A stretch of DNA of 64,000 nt from Balanoglossus misakiensis (GCA_040954595.2 CM082596.2:9816461-9880460), one strand, 5' to 3'. Shown: positions 24,567 through 38,210, counted from the first letter of the stretch. The notes: generated by a model from the sequence alone, not told the origin. Translations and numbers: made by a program.

Positions 24567-25718
24567 ATGTACATATATGTGGGTGTGTCATGTTTCATAT
24601 CTTTTCCCGCTCACACACATTTATCTTTCGTTTCTAAAATAAAATTGAAATGACTATCTCCTGCACTGTGACATAACTATGTGCTTGGAATGTGGGCTTG
24701 CAGATTTATTTGGGGATGGTGGGGGGGGGGGGAGGAAATAAGAATGAGTGGAACCTTGAAATGAACAATCCCATACATGGTAACTTCACTATAGTAATAG
24801 TTACGTCCTTGAGTGCAGCAATTTTCCATACCATTGACTTCCATCCTTTCTGCTTCAACTGTCTCCTCAGTGTGCTCTGTTTCCAAATCACAGTCTGTCA
24901 TGTTGATGTCTTCCCCTGTACTATGCTGTGTCTGTCTTGTATCTTCTATTGGTATACTGCAACGGGTCTCCTCAGCATTGCTACCATGTAATGTTATGTT
25001 CCTTTCAGGTACACTTGTCGGCTCGATGTCATTCATGTCCATGGTGATATCAGGGGCAAGTTTATCATCTTCTACTGAGAGGATGTGTTCATGGGAACCA
25101 GGATCAATCAACAAGTCATGGTCATCATCATCTACACCAATTGGATGCTCTGGAATTTCCTCGGATTCTATAAGGTAGTATAAAATATTGACATTTTTTG
25201 TAGTGCTTATATTATATAGTGTTATTTCAAAATTTATTACTGTTATAGACTAATCATAATTCAAAAATAATTTCAAACGTTCATTTAACTAAGCCGTTCC
25301 AGCCACTATTTATGTCACTCAATTTTGCTAAATCAGGCGAGAAGCAACACATTTCGCCCATTAGATATACTTTCATTGAATTCATGTGGTATTGAAAGTT
25401 GAACATGGCTGGGTATATATAGGTCAATTAATTTTGACAGGCTGAAGTGAAAGAAATTCATATTTTTGAAAGTAATGTTTCCCCCAAAATTATATGCATA
25501 CAGATGAAGTCACTTATTTGGTTTGACTGTGATGTAATATGCTCTTACGTCTGCTATCATCTTGAAAGCCTGTGACAGTGAGGCTACCACTTCTTTCACC
25601 ATTGCTGTCATAGAGCTTTATCTTGTGGATTGGTAAAGCAATTGCTTCACTTCTTACTCTGTCCACACAATCTTACCAACACCTGTTGATATCACATTGT
25701 ACCTTTTGCAGAGATTAT

Positions 25719-25862
25719 TGTGTTGTATTGGGACTCCGTACGCCATGAAGTCTAGTCAACAGAGTGCCAAAACGAGGCAACTCACTTTATTACCATAAGT
25801 CAACATAGAGGGCAGTATTACAGATAGTAATGTACAAGGCATTCAAAGTAACATACATTACA
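25719..25862 (-). repeat. 3' LTR
   Basis: Direct repeat of 30254-30397, adjacent to the polypurine tract. Confidence 0.95.
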
Positions 25863-26014
25863 CGCCCCTTTTTTACAAATGGGTGACCGGTAATACAAGT
25901 GTGAACAATTCAGGATGTTTGACAATGTGAAGACATTTTTCTTATAACTCGGGAAAGCACCAAAAAAGTTCAGAACAATAATACAAAGAAGTGGTATCTC
26001 AAATACAATGCAAG

Positions 26015-29000
26015 TCAATTCTTTATAACACAGAAAACTACAAATCTAATTGAACTTTTCCTTTTGATACTCGGCCATAACGAGTAGTGACATCCGGTCG
26101 GATTTTCATGTTTGAGCTTTGTGTGGGCAGTAGTGTTGGGTGGGGTGGTATGTGGTGTGTCTGAAAATGTGGATTCAGAAAGACGGTTGGAAACTGGTAC
26201 AGGTTTGGAACAGGATTCCTGTAGATATTCATCAATATCAGGTAAATCTGGTGGTGGTGGGTTTTCAGATGTTGGGTACATATGTCTGCGATTTCTTTTG
26301 TACACCTTTCCAGACTGACTTTCAACTAACACAGATCTGGGCTGTGGAAGTGATTCCTTTACAACACCATATTCCCATTTAGCATGTGGGTTACGAAATC
26401 TGACTGGCTGACCTGGGACAGGCTGTGCAATATTATGACGTGCTGTTCTGTCATAATAGTATTTCTGCTTGAGCTGTCTAGCTTTCAAGTGATTTGTCAT
26501 GGGAGGGACTATATGAGGTTTTGTCAAGTTTTCCGCTGTGGGAAGTTTGGACTTCAAGATTCTGCTCTTAAGCAATTGACTGGGTGATAAACCATTTGTT
26601 CCATCTAGGGGAGTATTGCGAAACTCTAGCAATGAAACATAGGGGTCTTGACCACTTTTATATGCCTTTTTCATCAGACGTTTGACTGATTTTACAGCAT
26701 TTTCAACTTGGCCATTGGATTGTGAATAACCTGGGCTGATCTTGATGTGGTTAAATTCCCAATCATGAGCAAATTTACGGTATTCACGATTGTCATAACA
26801 TGGACCGTTATCACTAATGACAGTATCAGGGATTCCTTCACGAGCAAATACAGATTTTGTTGCGGATATAACTGCATTCGCTGTTTTGTTTGGGAGCTTT
26901 ATTACTTCTGGGAACTTTGAGTGATAATCAATAATGACCAAATAATCATCTGATCCTAATTCGAACAAATCAGTACCAACTTTGGACCATGGGGTAGTTG
27001 GTATCTCGTGGGGGATCATCGGTTCTCGAGAACGCTTGGGACGAAATTCCATACAGACTGAGCATTTAGATATCATGTCTTCAATCTCGTTGTTGATACA
27101 TGGCCAAAATAGTATTGAGCGGGCTCTTTGTTTTGTTTTTACAATTCCTTGATGGCTGGCGTGTAGTTTTTGCATGATTTCTGGACGCATACTTGCTGGA
27201 ATAATGACTTGGTTGTTGCGGAACAATATTCCATGGGCATATGTTATTTCATGTCGATATGCATGATATGGTTTGACTTCATCAGAAACATACATTTTAT
27301 TGTCGGGCCATTTTGAGGTGGCTAGGTCAATGACCTTCAACAGCGTTGGGTCACACGCGGTTTCTTCACGTAATTTCTCTAACTTCTGATCTGATATGGG
27401 CATTTGATTGATGATACTGAGAACTTCGCGTTCTGCATCTGACTGTTGTGGAGCATCGATCGGGGCTCGACTCAGCGCATCGGGTATGAGCATTTCTTTA
27501 CCGGGTTTATACACAATGTGTAGATCATATCTCAGAAGATTCATGCGCATGCGTTGTAAACGTGGACTCAGTTTATGCAGCGGTTTCTGAAATATACCGA
27601 CAAGGGGTTTGTGATCGGTTTCGACAGTTGTTTTGTCTCCATATATATAATCATGAAACCGAGTACATGCAAAGAGAATTGCACTCATCTCCTTTTCGAT
27701 TGTCGCGTAATTTACTTCTGCATTATTCAGTCTGCGCGAGGCGTAAGCAACTGGGTGTGAATCTTGGCTTATCATAGCGCCAAAACCTTTGTCACTAGCA
27801 TCAGTAGAAATTGTGACGGGCTTTTTAGCATCGTAGAATTTCAGAACGGGAGCATTTGTAGCGACTTCAATCAATTTGTCAAACGCAGCATCATGTCTGG
27901 CTTCCCAGCTCCATTCTATTCCTTTTGCAAGAAGCTCACGTAATGGGGCTGTAAGTGCTGACAAATTTGGCACGAACTTTGCTAGATACACCATGATGCC
28001 GAGAAATGTCTGGAGCTCAGATTTGTTTTGCGGCTTGGACATTTCTGTGAGGGCTCGGATTCTTTCTGGACTTGGTTTCAGTCCTTCACTTGTCAGTAAG
28101 TGACCTGAGAATTCGACTTCGTCAACAGCTATTTCACATTTGCTGCCATTGAGTTTCAATCCGGACTCGCGAACTTTGTCTAGGAATTGACAGAGGTTTT
28201 TGTCATGCTCGTCATCACAAGTAGCTTGTAGTAGCATATCATCTACAATGACTTCAATACCTTCTAAATCACCAAATTCATCTATCATGGCTCTTTGCCA
28301 AATTTCGCTTGCAGAGCTAATACCAAATGGCATTCTCTTGAACATATATCTACCCCAGGGGGTGTTGAACGTGGTTAGCTTGGAACTCGCGTCGCTAAGT
28401 TTGAGTTGCCAATAACCTGACGTGGCGTCGAACTTGGAAAAAATATTTGCGTCTGGCATTCGCGTTACGACGTCTTCTAACGTGGCGTTTGGAAAGTGCT
28501 CACGACGTATTGCTTTGTTTAATTCTTGTGGATCTAGGCATACGCGCACTTGGCCATTCTTTTTCATGACCACGGTGATTTGACTAACCCAATCGGTTGG
28601 CTCGGTGACGGGTTCAATTACATCAAGTAAAACCATACGATCTAATTCTGCTTTGACTTTGTCTCTCAATTTGTGAGGGATTTGTCTTGGTGGTAACTGA
28701 ACTGGGGGTACAGTGGGGTCAATTTGTATGTCATACTCACAGTTGTTCAGACAACCAAGGCCTTCGAATAAATCCTTGTTTTTGTCAAGTAACCTTTGGG
28801 CTTGTTTAGTACGCTTTGAGTGTGATTTTTCTGAAGCAGTTGAAATATTGCCATTCTGTTTGGGGACAGGACCACAGGTTTGTACATGAAATACCCTTTT
28901 CAAAAGATTCAACCTTTCACATGTTTCACGACCAAGGATGGGTACAACATTACCTGTAACAACTTGAAATGTGATGGGGATGGGCTTACTCTGTGTGATT

Positions 29001-30232
29001 TTGCCATTCACACCTTGTGTATTTACTTTCACTTTGAGCTGGACTTGGCCAATGGGCTTAATCACATGATTGCTGTATGATTTCAAAGTGATTTGTGAAC
29101 GCTTCAAATGAGTGTGCTTAGGTACCAAAGATTTCAATACAGACACTGGAATAATATCAACTTGTGAACCACTATCTAGTTTGAAGGATACATTGGTGTC
29201 TCCAATGCGACAACTTTGAGACCAGTCTTTTGATCTGCTATCAGTTTCAGTTTCAAGGGTTCTGACAGTTAGAGTGTCAATAGTGAACAGTGCGATGTCT
29301 TCATCACTGCTATCTGCATGCGTAACTGCTTTCACTGCACGCTGGCTACGTGGGTGCTGGCTTGACCTGGCTCGTGACATCGACTGCTGGGCAGGATGTT
29401 GTGTTGTGGGGCTGGCACAACGGTTGTTGGTACGCTGGGCAGTACCTCTACACTTACTTGCAAAGTGGTTTGGTTTTCCGCATTTCCGGCATGTTTTGCC
29501 ATATGCTGGGCATTTTCTAGAATCGTGTTCATAGGGACAGTTCGGACACTACCTGTTCGGAGATTGCCTATTCCCCGCGGGAGGTCGACGCGTAAACTTC
29601 TGGTGGGACTTACCACGTGACTGTTTACCGCCTGCACGCTTGACGTCGTGTACATCAACTGGACTATCGTTATCGATGAAAGAGAGTGATCTCATCTGAT
29701 CTGCGGATAGTTCTGCTGCTTTGCAGGTGTTGACTGCATTCTGCAGTGTGAGGTCGTCAGTTCGTAGAAGTCTTTCTCGGACTTTCTCATCTCTGATTCC
29801 ACACACTATGCGATCACGAAGAAATTCATCCGCCAAATCTTGGGGTAAACTGCAGTCTTTGAGCAACGTGCGTAATGACGTCAAATAGTCCGTGAACGAC
29901 TCGTTGATTTTCTGTTGTCTTGAGTTGAATAAATAACGGTTTACGGTTATGTTTTTTCTTGGCTCACAATAACCGGCGAACTTTTCGATGACTGGATCGA
30001 TTTTGTGTTCATCTCTGGGATCAGCGAACTCGAACGTGTCGAAGACTTGCCGCGCAGCGGTACCAGCTACATGTAGAAATGTGGCGACTTGTACGGCCTC
30101 TTCTTTTTTGTCCAGTTCTGCTGCCGTGGCGAACGTTTCCCAACTGCGACGAAACTCCTTCCAGTTTTGCGCAACGTTACCATCTAGGCTTAGATGTGCT
30201 GGAGGTTTCAGTTGAATGTTGGATTGAGCCAT
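26015..30232 (-). CDS. Gypsy gag-pol (gag, CCHC, PR, RT, RH, IN) interrupted by one in-frame TAG
   Basis: MAQSNIQLKPP gag; CPAYGKTCRKCGKPNHFASKC knuckle; LDSGS protease; IVDD RT; TDASDKG and TDHKPL RNase H; H-H-C-C, SDNGP, SNGQVE integrase. TAG at 29549, probable frameshift near the C-terminus. Confidence 0.93.
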
Positions 30233-30253
30233 TTTCCTCAACTTCTGACACCA

Positions 30254-30397
30254 TGTGTTGTATTGGAACTCCGTACGCCATGAAGTCTAGTCAACAGAGT
30301 GCCAAAACGAGGCAACTCACTTTATTACCATAAGTCAACATAGAGGGCAGTATTACAGATAGTAATGTACAAGGCATTCAAAGTAACATACATTACA
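30254..30397 (-). repeat. 5' LTR
   Basis: Direct repeat of 25719-25862, followed on the minus strand by a tRNA-Leu-type PBS. Confidence 0.95.
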
Positions 30398-30582
30398 ATT
30401 ATGACCGGAAATGATGCAGATGAGGTCCTGGTTCCTATAGAAATAAACAGGTAAGGAGATTGATCAAACATTCTTTATATAACAGTTTACACACAACACC
30501 AATGGCTAATGTAAGTACTATAATCTTGGACAATTTTTACAATAGAATTTTCCAAAATAAATAAGGATTTGCAAGCTGTTAA

Positions 30583-30925
30583 AGGGACAAAGTCTCTCTC
30601 TCTCGCTGCCCTTTTCCCATTAATATTATGTTTCATTCAAGACACTGTTTATGTTAATGTACATGTGGATATATACTGAATGAACATTCAACCACACACA
30701 CCTTCCATCCCGCTTGTAGACACGAGAGTGAAAAACCTTGCCAAAATGAACAATCGGTCTCTACCATTTATTCATTTTGGGCGAGTTTTTACTCTCATAT
30801 ACAAGCATGGTGGAACTTGTGTGTGGTTGAACGTTCATTCACTACATATACACATGTACATTAACATAAATGGTGTTTTGTATCAAACACAAAAAGAAAA
30901 AGGGCAGCGAGTGAGAGACCTTTTT
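30583..30925 (+). repeat. AGGGACAAA MITE (TTAA-flanked, Kolobok-like), intronic
   Basis: ttaa|agggacaaagtctctctctctcgctgccctttt ... aaaagggcagcgagtgagagacct. Confidence 0.75.
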
Positions 30926-33900
30926 AGAAAGCCATAAAACATGTGGGATATCCGAGAATAGTTCTATTATTTGTAAAAATGGAGGTTGCTCGTCACAAAA
31001 AATAACAGAACCTGCTTGACAGAAAAGTTCCATGAAAAAGACAGGGCATGTATAGATGTAATTTTTGATGCTTTGATACTATATTTTAGATTAGTTTTTC
31101 CTGTCCCAAAACACCATGCAATCTGTTGTATTATGTCTGCATATAATCAACAGTAATTGTTATTGAAAAGAAATAAAAGTGTGAGTTAAAATATTTGGGA
31201 CTAAATTGCACTGCAGATACCTTGAAATCATCCTGGGTATCAGAGTTAAAAACTCTATTGCTTCCTCATGTCTCTGCCACAATGCACCTTCTCCTGGCAG
31301 CAAGAAATCTGCAATCCTTTCATAGTGGCTTTGCAGTAGTGTTGGTCGTCGCAGTATTTCGTCCTCAGGGATTACTGTATTCTGACGTTTTGGGAGCTGC
31401 TTTCCAATTTTGCTAATTTCAGATTCTATAATTTGTGATGGATCTCTTTCTTTTGTCATCTCTTCTTCTGCACCTAGACGTATCATGGCATTACCTATGA
31501 TACCACCTGGATGCTTGGAGGAAGTTGTTTTCGTCACTCTCCGTATTCGATTGAAAACTCGCTCCTGCTTTTCAGCATTTGTTGACCTCAGAGAAACCAA
31601 TCTCAGTTGATCAGGTAGATGGACGGTGATGTTATGGAAATACCGCCCGAACATCTTTCGTTTGGTAAGTTTCTTTGGCTTCTCAAATACCCTTTTGCAC
31701 AATATTCCATGCAAAAATACAGTGTTATACAATCGCAGAATCAGTCGTGGGCATCTGTCATTGTCATGTTTATAAGCAGTTTCGCTTATTTCAGCAAGCG
31801 TGTCAATAAGCTGACCGTGCTCAGTATTTATGTTGTTCTCGTGAAGATACTGGGACACCAGAAGGATAGCTTTGCGTGCATCACATCCCCGAATTTCGTC
31901 TTTACCACCATATGTTGCCTGAATAAAGTTCTGTAACTTTACTGCTTCTTCTTTATCCTTGGTTTGTGCTGGAATTTCTTCTAACACATTGTGGATGTGT
32001 CCCTTCAGGTCATGGAGTGGCTCTGATGGCAAAATTTCATATGCAGAGCAGTTTATTTCAGCAAGATTATATTCTGGAGTGAGATGGAGCAGTGCTGGTA
32101 CTCTCTGCATACCATGTAAAATTTCAGAGAGTTAAGATTGTAAGTCTGGCTTCTTTAATCCTTCAGTTTCTTCACCCCTAGCATCAAGCTCTCTCCTAAG
32201 GTCGGCCACTGTTAAGTTGGCAAATGGATGGGGAGTTTGCCGTGACTTTTCTCTCCATATTGGGCTGCCCTTGATTAACAAGTTACGTTTCTCATCTATT
32301 GACAGATATTTCAGATGGTAACATGCAGACAGATCATCATGTCTTCTTGACTCTATTCCACAGATGCACTGGTAGTGACCTCCTTTCTGGTGCTAATCCT
32401 CAAACTCCTGTGCCGGTCCATCGCCATGAAAAAATCGGTGGACATCTGTGTATTCCCTGGAACCTTCGTCGGATGTTATTGGTCCTGTTGCACATTTTAG
32501 ATCTTCTACTCTGGTTTCAACATATGACAGCTGATCAACGTCATTGGAGTTGGATCGTCCCATTATATATAGATGTGGCTTCTCAACAAGCGAGTCAACG
32601 TTTACTTTTTTTCCGTGTTTCTCCAAGTACTCCTCATTTGTCAGATATGTTGCCGCGTCGTATATCCAGCTCACCATGAAGACAATGTGGGAATGGTTGC
32701 CTACAGTACTGTGGTCATGCCATATTTTGAAGTGCCGTGAGTGATGTAGTCTTTTTAATTTACTGCGCATTTCATCGATGGTTTCTCCTTCTTTCAACTC
32801 GTGTATTCTTTGTAGCTCATCCCTTATTTCTTTTTCTTCTAGGTTTTGGTAATGACCGTCGTCATACCCATAAACATGGCTTCTCAGAACACCAAGCTTA
32901 ATTTGTCTGTCAAGCTCTCGTTTTCGGATTGTCTGTAAGTTTATTTTTCTAGCGTAGATTGTATAAGTTTCTTCTTTTAATTTGCCATCTTTTCCAATGG
33001 TCATCTTTTGGAACTCTTTTGGTGCTATTAATTCACCGATGTCGATTTCGCCACTTCTTATTTTTGTTTTCAATATTTCTTGCAGGGCTCTTGCTGGTCG
33101 GTGTTGAGGAAGTGACACCTCCCCCAAGACCTTTCAATGTTTTACGGTGTACTCTTCTGACAAAATCTCGACCTTGAACCTTCTTATTGATATTGAACTT
33201 GTCAGTGTCGATGCCAGCTGAGGTTGCGTACTCTTTCAGTATTTGGCCACCATTTGCAGCTGTTAGCCCGTACTTTCTCGCAAGGCTACTCCAGTTGACC
33301 TTGCCAGCATCATAATTGGAAAGTTCACTTACAAATGAGCTTTTGTCCCATTCAACAGACTCTGTTTTTACAACATGGTCTTTTGGTGTCAGCTTGTTGA
33401 GGGATTCTAGTTGTAGACGGCGATTTACTCGCTTCTTGGCAGAATCGGTAGACTCAAAGTCAACAGACCGTCAACATGATTCGTAGCAAGCAAATGACTG
33501 ACCGGATCCTAGGATTGTTTTTAAATCTCCGACATTTTTAGCATGGGATTTTTCGATGCTTTGCTTGACATTAGTATAAAGTGCTCGTCTGTCTTTCTTT
33601 TTCTGTTCTTTGCTGATTTTTGTCTGTAGCTTGAACCCCGGAACTTTGAGAAGCGCTTCACTGAAAGGTGTTGAGTACACTTTATTGTATGACTCCTCTA
33701 CTCGCTGATATAGCTGTCCGGCAGTTCTTACGGTAGATTTAAGAGGGACAGTCAGCTTTGTCTCATGTGGATTTTGTAGTTGTTGCATCTCTCCCATTGC
33801 ATCTTCAATTACCTCAACAGTCGAGAAGGGAAGACTTTTGATATGTTTCTGATAGTACTTGTTCAAAAGCAGAACATCAACATTGCTACTTTGGCACTCT

Positions 33901-36900
33901 TGACAGTCAAGTGCTGTGTGTAGGATTTGCCTTGATAAAGGCAGTTTTTGCCAACTAGTTGCAGAAAAATACTGTAGAAATACTGACATTTTTCCTGGAA
34001 TTCAACCATTGAACTGAAGCTCTTAGTGTTTTCTCAAATCGTGGCAGTTTAAATTTAAACTGGTAACTTGCATATTTCTGCTGTTAGCCATGATATCCTG
34101 ATATTTGGCATACCTTTGTCCAATGGATATGTTGTAAACAGGCATAAATCTTGATGTATTTTCAGCCTTTTCCTGAGTAGACTTTTCGGAATTAGAAAGC
34201 TCTTTTGTTGCTCTTGCAGCTATGGCCATAAAATAACCACAAAATGCCATGATGACATGCCAACTGAACAAGTGCATACCTCCAAATAACAGCTGAAGGG
34301 ATCATCTGCTGCAATTTGAATATGGCGCCAATTTTACATGAACAAAGGAAAAGTTGAACTTTGACCTTTCAAGACGCACTATTTTGATGGGGTAAAATGA
34401 AAACCATGTACTCACCAGATTGAAGTTGAAATAAAGGTTTATTTCCCTCATATAATGTTGTCATGGCTTGTTAAATAAGTGAATGAGTGACAGTAATTAC
34501 TACTTGTGGCTAAAAATCATCCCAAACTGATTGGGAATTATGTATGTTCACGATTTTCTGAACACTAAAATGATCTTGAACGCGGGCGGGCGCTAATGGT
34601 AGCGTCCATGTCAGTTGCTAGGATACGCGTATACGATCAGCTGATTTTACCCACAATGCATCACGCCAACTAAGGCATTACGTAATGGCACCCCTGGACG
34701 AGCGTCCCAGGGTAAGGATAATTTACGAGGCGGAAAATACGAAAAATCCACCGCTAAACAGCTTTATTTTCTGACACCTCTGGTCGTAATCGAAGGTTAA
34801 CATGTTCGCCCATTTCAAGATTACGATACTGTGTTTGAAAACGAAGTTAATGATTCAGCATAACCCTATAAATGTTGGAATTTTGGCTGCCGGTCAATGG
34901 GTAGTCGATAATCTACATCGTCAAAATATTATGGCAGCGAAATACACTACAGTATGAGTCTTATCAGAGAAAGTTGACGGGTCATAAGGTGAAACTAAAA
35001 AATAATAATGGGATTGTGAGCATCTAGCGGTGGATTTTTGGCCTTCTTTTAAGAATATCATTTTCGACCCCCAAAATGCCACTATTTGTCACATGATAAT
35101 AGTTTTGGAGGTTTTCTCGGAAATGTCTCATTTTATTTGCTTGTCTTGAACATGAATTACATCAACTGATTGGCTGGTGTGGTTACAATTGTTTATTATG
35201 CTCGATTAACGTATTCAGTCTGTCGATAGAGGGCGCCCACGCCTTAACGTACACGAGAATGGCGTTCCACCGGAAGTATCACCATGGTTGCCTACTTACT
35301 TCACAATTTCATTTTTATAGATCGATCGCCAAAAATTGAGATTATCCGAATTATTTTATACGTAATCATAATTTACGCGTACAAGTGTCGTTTGTTGTTC
35401 CGAACGTATGTTCCACACGTATGCCACGTCACGTGACAAGGACGTTAGCCAATCACATGAAGCAACATCTGCATGATACTATCGAATCAGAGCGCGAGCT
35501 CAAATGGATTAGGAGAGACATCTTGACCGCGTCTCTGAAAAGCCAAAGGTCATTGTTTAAATGATAAAAAGGATTTAGCAAAGTTCACATCAAAATAGAG
35601 GAAAAATATGCACCTATCTATTATGTTGTTGATTGATTCATTCCAAGGTGTACATTAAGAACTGTCCCTCATTTGACTTAATAATCCAAATTACACAAAC
35701 AATAAACGCATAAATTTTATTGTTATTAATGAAAATACTGGTAGAGTTGATAAGCTGAATACTGGACATTTAAGCATATCTCAATTTGCAAATATAGAAC
35801 TGGAAGTGAACATAGTATCAATACCCAAACAACATGAAAATCACGCACCCTTTTTTAAAACTCTAGACCAAGGTAAAATAATTGCCTGAACATTTTTCAT
35901 CAGATCCCTTCTATATTTCCAAACAATTCTTGAACACAAATCCAAAATCCAATGGTCACATAATCTAATCCAAACACACCCTTCAAATAAATCTATGTCA
36001 TATAATCCAATCAAAGCACATATTTCAAATACATTTACATCCAACAATTGTGGAATTAGAAAATGTGGAATTGAAAGTCTCTAGAGCTGCCACTTTTTAG
36101 CATTAATTTCCAACTTAAATTAGTCCATCTAAATAAGCTTACTTAGGTATACATGAACACCTTATCGATGCCCGATTATGACTGCATGTTGCAATTTGAA
36201 CACTTTTGTATTAAAACGGTGCCGCACCTATTTCATCAGCCTCCATACAAACAGTACGCAGCTATCGTGGTTTGCGTTGCCAAAAGATGACAAACTGATG
36301 CAAATGCGAGTAATATGGCTTAAGTTGAGGATTTAGAGGATAGGGAATATATTTGAAGTATTTTATTGTTGAAAAATGTGAAATTTGGCAGCTATACAGG
36401 CTTTAATAGACAGGCATTGAAATGACTTTACAAACAAATTTTTCTTGAATGTTTAAGACAGACAGAATCAACCCACAGTCAGCCTCAAATATATAAACTA
36501 TTACAAAATGTTAATTAAATGGAAAATTTTGAAAAAATTTGCTTGGCCACTCATTTGATTGCATTTTTTCCATTTCATATTTTAGGCATGGTATATCAAT
36601 ATAATTTGTTGTGTTGTGTATATATTATGCTTGAAAACCAATTGACGGAAATATTAATTTAGAATAATGGTTATATTTTGAGAAATCACAAAGATTTCTA
36701 CATCACTCCCACATCATTGGTTGCTTAGCAACAGACATTCACCCTCCAAGCAAATTAATATCCTTTGAGAAGTATCATGTGGAGAGGATCATGCAGTCAC
36801 ATAATCTTTGATTTGTACCATCCACCATTTCATTGTAGGCTTTATCATAAAGGTGTTGTTTGGATTTCTGGCAGTTTGTAAGGTGATATGAGAAATGCAT

Positions 36901-37611
36901 TCCTTTCTGGCAAAAGACAACAACGTGTACTGCAAATTAATAGCTGGAATCATGATGATGATGATGATGATAATAAATATTATTTTTTTAAAAACAATAT
37001 TTTGAAAATAACTGTAAAAGAGATCGCCCACCCTCTCTCTCGTATACAGGAGTGACGTCGTAAAGACACACAGCTCTGCCCAGCATAGCTCTGGACTTAT
37101 ACGCTGTTTGGGTCAACGCTGCTCTCCGTCCCCACAGCTATGGAGCCATCCATAGGAAAATCCGTTGGGTGCGGAGCAAAATGATACGCACCGATTTTCA
37201 AACAATAAACTACATGAACATGTACATAATGTTGTCAGAAATAAAGATCGAACGAAAATTTCACAAATGGGAACCTACTTGACGTGTTTGTCGCCGAATC
37301 GTAAACGTCGTTAATGCAGCGCCGTAAAACTGGTGACCCTCCCATACAAACATGGACGTTCGCCTTCATTTAAGTCATGTGATCAACACGTGACACGTGT
37401 TTTACTATGCCAAGCAGAGCTACATGGTGCCTGCAAACTGCATGTGGCTAAAACGGCACATATTCTAAGTTGTGCGTTTAATGTATCAGTAGAACAATAC
37501 CTTCATTTTGCAGCTGTGTTGTTTTCATGTTCGCGGAAAACTTCTTTGCCACCATCGGTTTAAAACTATGAAAGCCAGTTGGGGACATGTACATACGCAA
37601 TAAATAAAAAA

Positions 37612-38210
37612 TTATCTCGAGATCTCGAGATAATTCCATTCGTTTTCCTGACTTTTTATTTTTTTATCTCGAGATCTCGAGATAATTCAAGTTCGTTTTC
37701 CTGACTTTTTATTTTTATATCTCGAGATCTCGAGATAATTCCATTCGTTTTCCCGACTTTTATTTTTTTATCTCAAGATCTCGAGATAATTCAAGTTCGT
37801 TTTCCTGACTTTTTATTTTTATATCTCGAGATCTCGAGATAATTCCATTCGTTTTCCCGACTTTTATTTTTTTATCTCGAGATCTCGAGATAATTCAAGT
37901 TCGTTTTCCTGACTTTTTATTTTTTTATCTCGAGATCTCGAGATAATGCTATTCGTTTTCCCGACTTTTTATTTTTTTATCTCGAGATCTCGAGATAATT
38001 CAAGTTCGTTTTCCTGACTTTTTATTTTTTTATCTCGAGATCTCGAGATAATGCTATTCGTTTTCCCGACTTTTTATTTTTTTATCTCGAGATCTCGAGA
38101 TAATTCAAGTTCGTTTTCCTGACTTTTTATTTTTTTATCTCGAGATCTCGAGATAATGCTATTCGTTTTCCCGACTTTTTATTTTTTTATCTCGAGATCT
38201 CGAGATAATT
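37612..38210 (+). repeat. Left TIR array: about 12 x ~52-bp units with palindrome TTATCTCGAGATCTCGAGATAA
   Basis: Directly visible. Spacers are near-identical (ttcgttttcc[ct]gactttttattttt) with a short variable block. Confidence 0.95.

Larger units (their letters stand above)
25719..30397 (-). mobile_element. Full-length Ty3/Gypsy LTR retrotransposon (Mag-clade-like)
   Basis: 144-bp TG..CA LTRs at 25719-25862 and 30254-30397 (one mismatch seen). 5-bp TSD ATTAT at 25714-25718 and 30398-30402. PBS TGGTGTCAGAAGT (30241-30253) and PPT AAAAAAGGGGCG next to the 3' LTR. Confidence 0.97.
23576..34250 (-). pseudogene. Large CMC-group (RAG1/Transib-like motif order) DDE transposase pseudogene with internal SAP domain
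   Basis: Main exon ~34250-31221: KIWHDHS, FFHGDGPAQEFE..GGHYQCICG, SAP-like LTVADLRRELDARG..GLKKPDLQ, EPLHDLKGH, YFHNITVHLP, TNAEKQERVF. Further exons at ~30435/25600 (split by Gypsy), ~24810-25170 and ~23576-24007. Several stops and frameshifts. Confidence 0.72.

Noticed and set aside
23576-36500. Bona fide RAG1L-RAG2L (ProtoRAG) transposon
   Set aside because: No kelch/PHD RAG2-like sequence, no RING or nonamer-binding-like region recognised, and no CAC TIR pair.
37612-38210. CRISPR-like array of palindromic repeats with ~30-bp spacers
   Set aside because: Spacers are near-identical rather than unique, there are no cas genes, and the array is mirrored at the other end as part of a TIR in eukaryotic DNA.
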